60,359 bases of DNA from Planctomycetota bacterium. GTDB taxonomy: Bacteria; Planctomycetota; Planctomycetia; Pirellulales; Lacipirellulaceae. A program made the translations under genes and the position numbers. The stretch spans positions 1 through 60,359 of the forward strand of contig JAADIN010000265.1 in assembly GCA_013151315.1 (NCBI GenBank), given 5' to 3'. Numbering within the stretch: position 1 is the first letter of the stretch; every line of letters begins with the position of its first letter. Below, piece after piece: positions 39,377 through 47,653 of this stretch. The notes under the pieces are model-generated. The model was given only the letters and a program-made list of their open reading frames with translations, had not been told where the DNA came from and made no database searches.

Positions 39377-40960
39377 GTGCCAATCAACCGATCTCCAAAG
39401 CAAAAGACCGTTTCCCCGAGGAAGAGCCAACCCCATGGCAACGTCAGGACGAACGGGAAGAAGAGCCCCGGCCTTGATCGTCTTAATGGCTCGGCCGTTA
39501 AGGGAGTCGCGAACGGCGACGATTCGAGCAGCAGAAGTGAAGGACCGACTTCCGGGAGCAGCTCCGCGATTGACGATCCGGTACGGATGTATCTGATGCA
39601 GATGGGCGAAATTCCGATGCTCACCCGCGAGTCGGAAGTGTCGTCGGCCAAGCAGATCGAAGCGACCCGAACCAGGTTCCGCAGGACCATGCTCTCCAAC
39701 GACTTTGTGCTTCATGGAGCGGTCGATCTTCTGCAAAAGGTGGCTGATGGCAATCTACGGCTCGACCGAACCATTGAGATCTCGGTGACCAACATCCCCG
39801 AGAAAAAGCGAACGCTCAAGCGAATTGTACCCAACCTGATCACGATTCGCCAACTCTTGGCACAAAACCAAGTCGACTATCGAACCGTAGTCAGCCGTCG
39901 GGCGACTGAGGCTCAGCAGCATGCGGCATGGCGACGGCTCGTCTGCCGGCGAAATAAAGCCGTGCGACTGGTCGAAGAACTCAATCTGCGAATCCAACGG
40001 TTGTTGCCGATCATGGAACAATTGCACGAGATTTCGGATCGCATGTTGAGCGTCAAAGAGCAGTTGCAGCATCCTGAAAAGTTGCTGCACCCGGGCTTGC
40101 AGAATGAATTTACGGAAGAGCTTCGCTATCTGATGCGGATCACCCTAGAAACGCCATCGACACTGGCTCGTGCGAAGGCCCGTTGTCTCGACCGCAAAGG
40201 AGCCTACGACGCAGCGAAACGTGATCTTTCGGCAGCCAATTTACGGCTGGTTGTTTCGATTGCAAAGCGATATCGCAACCGAGGAATGAGCTTTCTTGAC
40301 TTGATTCAGGAAGGGAATACGGGCCTGATGCGAGCGGTCGACAAGTTTGAGCATGCTCGCGGCTACAAGTTTTCGACCTACGCGACTTGGTGGATCCGTC
40401 AGGCAATCACCCGTGCGATTGCTGACCAAAGTCGTACGATCCGGCTTCCCGTGCATATGATCGACACGATGAGCAAGATTCGCATCGCCTCGGCAGAATT
40501 TGTTCAAGAGTTTGGCCGCGAGCCAAATCCTGAAGAGATCGCAGAGCGAGCGGGGCTCTCCATCGAAGATGCCAAGTGCGTCCACAAAATGACTCGCCAG
40601 CCGCTGTCGCTCGACCAGCCGGTAGGCGATCACGAGGAGAACTACTTTGGCGAGTTTCTTGAAGAGAAGTGCGTCGAAGACCCGCTCTACGACACGAATT
40701 TGGAAGCGCTCAAACGTCGTCTGGAAGAAGTGATGGCAGATCTCTCCTATCGCGAGCGAGAAATCATTCGCCTCCGTTACGGTTTGGCCGATGGGTATAC
40801 TTATACGCTCGAAGAGGTCGGCAAAATTTTCTCGGTCACTCGCGAACGGGTTCGACAGATCGAGTCCAAAGCGGTCCGAAAGCTCCAGTCGCCCAACCGT
40901 TCGCACTCGCTGGCGGGCTTTCTTGATGGGTACGAGCCGACTCTGGTCGATGTGACGTGA
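39377..40960 (+). CDS. RpoD/SigA-family sigma-70 factor (region 1.1 apparently absent)
   Basis: DDPVRMYL (1.2), [58 protein letters not shown]. Confidence 0.92.
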   Translation: MPINRSPKQKTVSPRKSQPHGNVRTNGKKSPGLDRLNGSAVKGVANGDDSSSRSEGPTSGSSSAIDDPVRMYLMQMGEIPMLTRESEVSSAKQIEATRTRFRRTMLSNDFVLHGAVDLLQKVADGNLRLDRTIEISVTNIPEKKRTLKRIVPNLITIRQLLAQNQVDYRTVVSRRATEAQQHAAWRRLVCRRNKAVRLVEELNLRIQRLLPIMEQLHEISDRMLSVKEQLQHPEKLLHPGLQNEFTEELRYLMRITLETPSTLARAKARCLDRKGAYDAAKRDLSAANLRLVVSIAKRYRNRGMSFLDLIQEGNTGLMRAVDKFEHARGYKFSTYATWWIRQAITRAIADQSRTIRLPVHMIDTMSKIRIASAEFVQEFGREPNPEEIAERAGLSIEDAKCVHKMTRQPLSLDQPVGDHEENYFGEFLEEKCVEDPLYDTNLEALKRRLEEVMADLSYREREIIRLRYGLADGYTYTLEEVGKIFSVTRERVRQIESKAVRKLQSPNRSHSLAGFLDGYEPTLVDVT

Positions 40961-41031
40961 GGTAGCGATTAGCCAAGGGAAAAGCCAACCGTTAGTGCCG
41001 CGACGAGAGTATTTTTTTTGCGATCGCTGCT

Positions 41032-41208
41032 ATGTACATTTTCGTAATCGATAACTGGTACGGCTACGACGCACCACCGAAGGGCCGACACAAAAATAGT
41101 CGTGTCGTTTCGATTCGCTCGACGGATGGCGGCAAGACCTGGAGTGAACCCGTCTCCATGCCATCGCCTTTCAAGTATTACGACCGCGCGTGCCAAACCT
41201 ATTCGTGA
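41032..41208 (+). pseudogene. Probable remnant of a BNR/Asp-box (sialidase-like) gene
   Basis: Manual translation MYIFVIDNWYGYDAPPKGRHKNSRVVSIRSTDGGKTWSEPVSM... contains the canonical S-x-D-G-G-x-T-W motif. Confidence 0.6.
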
Positions 41209-41222
41209 GGATCGTCAGGGAA

Positions 41223-41252
41223 TTGACATTCTCTTTCCAAGCAGAGTATTAT
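41223..41252 (+). promoter_or_regulatory. Putative sigma70 promoter
   Basis: TTGACA-18 bp-TATTAT, about 60 bp upstream of ATG 41312. Confidence 0.55.
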
Positions 41253-41311
41253 TGAACGGTGAATAAAACGGTATCGTCGAGCCTTGGTACAAAAAACATA
41301 GGTCTGAAAAA

Positions 41312-43933
41312 ATGAGCCGATTCAAGCTAGGATTGACCTGTTGCCTGTTGCTCCTGGCTGCGCCTGGGTTCGCACAGCCCGAGGGCGAGCCGATCGCTGG
41401 CGGAGGCGCGGAGGCGAATGTTCGTTTTCTTTTGCCGCCGACGGATCAGGTCGAGCCGAATTGGACCAGATCGCAAAAAAAGCACGGCTACGTTGTCTAT
41501 ACCGAGATTTACAACCACGCCCTATGGCCCAAACAGATCCCCAAAAAGTCGCAGATTGTTCGCAGCGTGACATGCCGCATGGCGCGCAATGAGTACGAGC
41601 CGATCCAGATCGGCGTGTACGGCGTGGGCAATAGTGAACCACTGAAACAGGTCCGGGCGGCTGTCGATATCGACTTGCCCTTTCAAGTTCGCTTCATCAA
41701 GTCCAGCCAGCGCACGCCCAAGGCTAAGGAATTAAAGCACCTTGGCGCAACGCTCACTCCGAACCTACTGCGACTCGGCAACACGCATGAATCGATCGAG
41801 CCTGGCCACACCGGTGCGTTCTGGATCACGTTCTATGCCTCGGAAAATGCGAAGCCTGGCAAGCACAAGGGTACGATCACGATTTCCGCCAAAGGCAAGC
41901 CTGACACGACGCTCCGTATTGTCGTCGAGGTTCTGCCGCTCCGCCTGCCTAAATCTGATATTGCGTTTGGCATGTATCACTACCGCGTCACGAACTGGAT
42001 GAATGATCCGGAATATGCCAAGAAAATCCATCGCGACATGGCGCGGCACGGCATGAACAGTTCCACGCTCTGCTTGTACAAGCAGCCGATTCGTTACGAA
42101 AACAACCGCCTGCTATTTCCCTTGGAGGACAAATCTCGACTGCACAACTGGATGGATAGTGGGATGGCGCGCCCTGACATGCCGGTTATGCTTTTAGAGA
42201 ATCATTTAATCAACTGGGCTTCCGGCAACGTCAATGACCAACTGAGCGCCGAACAGAAGCAGGACATCGCCAAGCAGTATATGGCGTTTGCGCAAGACGA
42301 GGGGTTTCCCGAGCTTCTCGCGTACCTGACCGATGAACCAAGCCTTGATCAGCCGCCTAGTTATTTTTCTTGGGCGACCGGCTGGAAGAAGACTCCGATG
42401 CGCACCGTGGCAGCGTTGAGCGGCAAAGCGGCTGTGGGATTCGGACACATGCACGATGTGTGGGTAGTGCATACGGGCCAGATCTCGCCCGAAATGGTAC
42501 GCGAAGCGTGGCGGCAAGGTGCCGAGGTTTGGACCTATTCCATTGCCATGGGCAATTACAACGTTCACTCGAACCGCTACCGGGACGGGATCTACACCTG
42601 GGCGCTTCGACTTCGCGGTAACTTTCAGTGGGCTTACTTTCACGAAGAGCGCTATATCGAATACGGCGTCGAAGGTCCCGATCCACGGATTTCCTGGGAA
42701 GGTCGTCGCGAAGGCATTGATGATTACCGCTATCTGACGATGCTCGAAGCGTTGGCGGATCGGGCCGAAGCAGATAACGAAACGGCCCAAGAGGCCAAAG
42801 TCTGGCTTGCCGAATTGCGCGAGAATGTTGATCTGGGATTCTATCACGGATTCAACGGCAGTTCGCGCGTTGACGGACCGTTTTGCTATCCCGCTCCGAA
42901 TCTGGAACTCGAAGACTATGACCGCATTCGCGCAAAGGCGGCCGACTATTGCATCCAACTCGGCGGCGATCAACTTGATCGCTTCACACCTACGCCTTAC
43001 GTTCTCAGCGGCGCAGCCAAGTGGGAGGCGCGGCCATTTGAACGCGAGACGGTTGACGCCTGCATCACCGGGCTGACTGATTCTGACATGCAAGTGCGCC
43101 GCGCGGCGGCAGCTTCGCTTGCCGAGCGAGGCGAAGCGGGGCTGCCCGCTGTTGAGAAGCTTAAAATGCAGCTGTCTGACGTAGACGTGCGCCTGATCGC
43201 GGCACGCGCGTTGCAGGCCATCGGCCCGAAGGCCCCTGGCGCTGCCGATGCGATTGCAGTTCTGTTCGACGACGACGACACTTTCACCCGTATGGTCGCC
43301 GCCAGGGCGCTTGGCGACCTCGGAGAACAATCTGTCGCAGGTTTGCGCAAAGCACTGCGAGATAGCAATTCACAAGTGGTGAATATCGCCGGCCACGCCT
43401 TGGGCGATATTGGTCCCGCCGCCGCGCCTGCCGTTCCTGATCTCATTCCGCTTATCAGCAATGACAACGAAAAGGTCCGCCGCGCTGCATACTCCGCCAT
43501 TGTTGGCATCGGCCCCGGCGCGGTAGCCGCCACCGACGCGCTCGCCCTCCAGTTTAAAAACAACGATCGCCCCAACCCCTACATCGCCTGGGCCATTGGA
43601 GCCATCGGTCCCGGCGCTAAGGCCGCGATCCCCGCACTCGAAAAGAGACGCGACACGCGTTACTGGTCCGTGGCAATCAACGCAGCCCTGTTTCGCATTC
43701 GTGGAGAAAAGGCCGACCTCGACGCCATTGTCCAACTCCTACGTGAACCGGGCGGTAGCTACGCCCGCGAGTATGTCGGCAAGGGACTGGAAAAACTCGG
43801 TGCCGAGGCCGCTCCGATCGCTGACGACGTTCGTGATTTTCTCAAAGAGCAGGGTGATGAGTTCGCCAAGAAAAAGGCCGCCCTGGTCGCCTCGCTGAAT
43901 CGGTACTTGGACAAAGTGAAGGCCTCGGAATAA
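41312..43933 (+). CDS. Secreted putative glycoside hydrolase (GH123/DUF4091-like) fused to HEAT repeats
   Basis: ARNEYEPIQI, YLTDEP, AEVWTY, SWEGRREGIDDYRYL; C-terminal repeats such as ALGDIGPAAAPAVPDLI. Confidence 0.72.
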   Translation: MSRFKLGLTCCLLLLAAPGFAQPEGEPIAGGGAEANVRFLLPPTDQVEPNWTRSQKKHGYVVYTEIYNHALWPKQIPKKSQIVRSVTCRMARNEYEPIQIGVYGVGNSEPLKQVRAAVDIDLPFQVRFIKSSQRTPKAKELKHLGATLTPNLLRLGNTHESIEPGHTGAFWITFYASENAKPGKHKGTITISAKGKPDTTLRIVVEVLPLRLPKSDIAFGMYHYRVTNWMNDPEYAKKIHRDMARHGMNSSTLCLYKQPIRYENNRLLFPLEDKSRLHNWMDSGMARPDMPVMLLENHLINWASGNVNDQLSAEQKQDIAKQYMAFAQDEGFPELLAYLTDEPSLDQPPSYFSWATGWKKTPMRTVAALSGKAAVGFGHMHDVWVVHTGQISPEMVREAWRQGAEVWTYSIAMGNYNVHSNRYRDGIYTWALRLRGNFQWAYFHEERYIEYGVEGPDPRISWEGRREGIDDYRYLTMLEALADRAEADNETAQEAKVWLAELRENVDLGFYHGFNGSSRVDGPFCYPAPNLELEDYDRIRAKAADYCIQLGGDQLDRFTPTPYVLSGAAKWEARPFERETVDACITGLTDSDMQVRRAAAASLAERGEAGLPAVEKLKMQLSDVDVRLIAARALQAIGPKAPGAADAIAVLFDDDDTFTRMVAARALGDLGEQSVAGLRKALRDSNSQVVNIAGHALGDIGPAAAPAVPDLIPLISNDNEKVRRAAYSAIVGIGPGAVAATDALALQFKNNDRPNPYIAWAIGAIGPGAKAAIPALEKRRDTRYWSVAINAALFRIRGEKADLDAIVQLLREPGGSYAREYVGKGLEKLGAEAAPIADDVRDFLKEQGDEFAKKKAALVASLNRYLDKVKASE

Positions 43934-44171
43934 CTGGGGACATACCGACGGCCTCGAGGTTATGAGACGCTACTTGGAACCAGTGGAAATACTCAAATAC
44001 CACGGGAATAATGGCAATCTACCATCGGTTCGGTTAACAAATTCATCGTTGCCTCCATGCAACGGAGGGACAAAGGGAGCCGGAGACTCGCAGGATTGGA
44101 GGAATCTCGGTATGCCAGTCTCGATAACCTGACTAACGGATCATCGAATGCCGCAGTAAAACAAAGTCGTT

Positions 44172-45568
44172 TTACAACTCCAGCCCAAGATAGTCCCGCG
44201 CATTCCCAAAACAGATATTGCGAATCATCGGCCCTAGTAGCGAGTCGTCGTCGGGGATTGCCCCTCGCTCGATATCGGTCCCGAGCAAATCACACAAGCA
44301 GCGGCGAAAATATTCGTGGCGTGGATAGGAAAGTAGCGAACGCGAATCGGTGAGCATTCCCACGAATCGCGACAGCAGGCCTTGGCTCGAAAGCGTGTTG
44401 AGCTGGCTCTGCATGCCCTCCCATTGGTCTAAAAACCACCAGCCGCTGCCCCATTGAATTTTTCCTGCGATGCCGTCGCCTTGGAAATTGCCGATCATCG
44501 TGGCGAACACTGCGTTGTCGGCTGGGTTGATGTTGTAAAGGATCGTCTTCGGCAGGGCGTTTTCTTGGTCCAGTCGGCCAAGGTACGCCGACAGCAAGTT
44601 GGCTTGCGGTAGGTCGCCCATCGAATCGCAGCCGATGTCGGGGCCGATTTTGTTCAGCAGTCGGGTGTTGTTGTTTCGCAGCGGGCCGATGTGCAGTTGC
44701 TTGGTCCAACCGCGTTCGGCATCCCAACGGCCAAAATGCAACATCATGTGTGACGCAAATAGGTGCTGCTCGGTACGAGTCACCTCGTTGCCATCGCGAG
44801 CTCGACTAAAAATAAGTGCCGCTTGTTCGTCATCGATAAACGAGGCATAGCACCGCTCCAGCCCGTGATCTGAAAGTCGACAGCCATGTTCATGGAAATA
44901 GTCGTGCCGCTTTTTCAACGCGGCGAGCAAGTCGTCGAGCGTTCGGATATCGACATCGGCGGCCGTAGCCAACTTTTCGAGCCAAGGATTAAATTCATCG
45001 GGCTCGTCGATGCGCAGAGCTGCATCGGGTCGAAATGTAGGATAGACCTTCGTCGGTAAGTCGCTGCTAGCGATTGCCCGGTGATGCGCCAAATCGTCGG
45101 TCGGGTCGTCGGTGGTGCAGACACAACGAAGGTTTTGAGAATGCCTCGCGAGGTGAGCTCGTCGCTTTGGAGTTTTTCGCCCGCTTGTTCCCAAATGCGA
45201 GGGGCCGATTTCTCGTCAAGCAGCTCGTCGATGTCAAAATACCGCTTCAGCTCCATGTGGGTCCAGTGGTAAAGCGGATTGCGCAGCGTATGGGGCACCG
45301 TGCGGGCCCAGGCGAGGAATTTGTCGTAGGGCTCCGCGTCGCCCGTGCAGAGTGATTCTTCAACGCCATTGGCCCGCATGGCCCGCCATTTGTAGTGGTC
45401 GCCTTCGAGCCAGATTTCAGCCAAATTCTCGAAGCGGCGATTGCTGGCGAGGTCCTGCGGCGGCAAATGCGTGTGGTAGTCAAGAATTGGCTCGCCGGCG
45501 GCGAATTCATGGTAAAGCCGTCGGGCGGCTGCGGTTTGCAGCAAAAAATCTTCGTGGATGAATGCCAT
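44172..45568 (-). pseudogene. uxaC: Glucuronate isomerase, frameshifted near 45120-45135
   Basis: MAFIHEDFLL...DYHTHL...GDHYKWRAMR...NPLYHW in one frame; CTTDDP...PTFRPD...GWWFLDQ...TDSRS..SYPRHEYFRR in another. Confidence 0.9.
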
Positions 45569-45688
45569 GGGAGCGCCATCTGGAGTCGGCCAAAGCCAAG
45601 GGGTTGCAATCTCTTGGCTTTGGCTGGGCCTAAAAAACGAGCCGTTTGCACTACGCCTATCGTAGTGCAACCGGCTCATCGGGAAAGG

Positions 45689-45760
45689 AGGCGCCGGGCG
45701 GATTCGAACCGCCGATGTCGGATTTGCAATCCGATGCCTTAGCCACTTGGCCACGGCGCC
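45689..45760 (-). tRNA. tRNA-Cys (GCA)
   Basis: GGCGCCGTGGCCAAGTGGCTAAGGCATCGGATTGCAAATCCGACATCGGCGGTTCGAATCCGCCCGGCGCCT: cloverleaf with GCA anticodon and U discriminator; CCA not encoded. Confidence 0.97.
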
Positions 45761-45831
45761 CTTGCTTGTTTTTATAGGTATTTTCTATAACATTTGAGGA
45801 GGGCGTAATTTTGTGATACGCGTTTTGACAC

Positions 45832-45886
45832 TGTACGCCCGGCAGTACGCCCGTGTACGCCCGGCAGTACGCCGTCAGTACACCCG
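45832..45886 (+). repeat. Five GTAC(G/A)CC(C)G direct repeats; candidate integrase arm-binding sites
   Basis: Units at 45833, 45845, 45855, 45867 and 45878, between the tRNA and int. Confidence 0.75.
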
Positions 45887-45975
45887 TTGTTATCGGCACT
45901 ATCCAAAATCTGGTTTACCTGAATTATCATCACTGCCCCAAGAATCCGATTTTCAATCGAGAGAGGCCCTATCTT

Positions 45976-47409
45976 ATGAAAACCGCCAAACCTGACAAGC
46001 CCACGCCTAATTTCCCCTTATACGCCCATGCCCGTGGCTATTGGGCCAAGAAAATCAAAGGGAAACTGAAGTATTTTGGGAAGTGGGATGACCCAGATGG
46101 GGCTTTAGCCGACTACCACAAATTTATAGATGAGACACAAAAGCAGATCAGGGGTCCGTTGACGGTCTCTCAACGAGATTGGCGGAAAAAGATCCCTAAG
46201 AATTTGCCCAAGGGCTTCCCGCTCACCGCGTGCGCCCCAGGCAGATGGAAGAAAGTCATCAACGGGCGCGCCCATTACTTTGGCCCAATCGAAGATCCCA
46301 CGGGTGCCCTTCTCAAATACAGCGAGCAAAAAGATGATCTTGTTGCAGGACGCGTCCCCAAAGATCATCGAGACCAGATTGGGGACGAGATCACCTTAGG
46401 GTCATTGATCAACCATTATCTTCATACAATGGATGCACGACTTACCAGGGGGACTCTTGTCAAACGTAGTTTCCGAGAGATGGAACGCGCCTCGGCACGG
46501 TTGGTTCGCTTCTTTGGGCCGAATCAAATTGTCGAAGAACTTCGGGCCACAGATTTTGACCGGTATGCAGCGAGTCTGCCAAAGAATTGGTGCCTTATTA
46601 CTTTTCGGAATCTGGTTCGCGACACCAAGGCGATTTTTAATTATGCCGCGAGCCCCGACGTGCAACTCATCGAACGTCCTATCCCTTTCGGAAAAGTATT
46701 CAAAAAACCTTCCGATCGAGATTTACGAGTCGAGGCAAACAAAAAGCCAGCCAAGTTTTTTGATGCCAAGCAAATCCGAACTCTCCTTAAAACGACGACT
46801 AATCTTCAATTGAAAGCCATGATTTTATTGGCAATCAACTGTGGCTTTGGGACCAAGGATATCGCGGATTTTACTTTTGGGACCCTTGATTTGGAGAAAG
46901 GTTGGATCGACAATCCACGAGAAAAGACCGGGTTGCCCCGGCGATCCCCCCTCTGGCCCGAAACCATCAAGGCTCTTGAACTAGCAATCGAAATACGTCC
47001 GACGCCTAAGGAGGGGCACGAAGATTTTGTTTTCCTAACGAGGCAAAGGAACCATTTCTATTTGCACAACGCATCAGCTATCGGGAAGACTTTCCAAACA
47101 CTTATGGAAGAATGCAACCTTTGGGTGAAAACTCGTGGGTTCAATAGTTTTCGCCACGTCTTTCAAACCATTGGTGAAGAAACCGGGGAGCTTACGGCCA
47201 CTTCCTTCATGATGGGACACTGCCCTTCACAACGAGATATGAGCGCAGTCTATCGAGAGCAAATCGCCGACTGGAGGTTAGAGAAGGTGTCTAATTACGT
47301 CCATGATTGGTTGTTTAAGCCAACCATCACACCGACTTCTCCAAGAACATCGAAACCCAGTCTGGGACTGTATCGTGGGGACGAGAAGACTTCCGAGGAA
47401 GTGGCCTAA
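45976..47409 (+). CDS. Tyrosine recombinase/integrase
   Basis: AMILLAINCGFG..DI, REKTG (Lys), SFRHVF, MGH, MSAVY (catalytic Tyr); duplicated N-terminal module; next to a tRNA. Confidence 0.9.
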   Translation: MKTAKPDKPTPNFPLYAHARGYWAKKIKGKLKYFGKWDDPDGALADYHKFIDETQKQIRGPLTVSQRDWRKKIPKNLPKGFPLTACAPGRWKKVINGRAHYFGPIEDPTGALLKYSEQKDDLVAGRVPKDHRDQIGDEITLGSLINHYLHTMDARLTRGTLVKRSFREMERASARLVRFFGPNQIVEELRATDFDRYAASLPKNWCLITFRNLVRDTKAIFNYAASPDVQLIERPIPFGKVFKKPSDRDLRVEANKKPAKFFDAKQIRTLLKTTTNLQLKAMILLAINCGFGTKDIADFTFGTLDLEKGWIDNPREKTGLPRRSPLWPETIKALELAIEIRPTPKEGHEDFVFLTRQRNHFYLHNASAIGKTFQTLMEECNLWVKTRGFNSFRHVFQTIGEETGELTATSFMMGHCPSQRDMSAVYREQIADWRLEKVSNYVHDWLFKPTITPTSPRTSKPSLGLYRGDEKTSEEVA

Positions 47410-47587
47410 ACGTCTTAGGGTCGCATTTTACCAAAAACCCATCGATCGCGTTTTGAGAAACGCGATAGGTAGGTCTTTTTGCATCGGGGGGAATCTTGTA
47501 CGCCTGCAAATCTCCACGACGGATCAATCGGCGTACACTTTCGGGGTTGAGGCCCAAAAGTTCAGCGGTTTTTTTGATTGGATACAT
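47327..47587 (-). CDS. Excisionase-like HTH (HTH_17/MerR-type) protein
   Basis: YPIKKTAELLGLNPESVRRLIRRGDLQA...YRVSQNAIDGF; convergent with and overlapping the 3' end of int. Confidence 0.8.
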   Translation of the reverse strand: MYPIKKTAELLGLNPESVRRLIRRGDLQAYKIPPDAKRPTYRVSQNAIDGFLVKCDPKTFRPLPRKSSRPHDTVPDWVSMFLEKSV

Positions 47588-47653
47588 ATTTTGAATCTTT
47601 CATTCGTTCCGAAAAAATCGTGTCAGAAAAAATTGCAGGCATCCTCACATGAA

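Noticed and set aside
42206-43330. 374-aa minus-strand ORF
   Set aside because: Antisense shadow of the hydrolase-HEAT gene, as expected in GC-rich DNA.
45976-47409. Protelomerase acting on the 50.6-50.9 kb palindromes
   Set aside because: The protein looks like a tRNA-adjacent integrase with arm-like modules, and the palindromes have asymmetric 7-bp cores rather than the continuous symmetry of tel sites. Not fully excluded.
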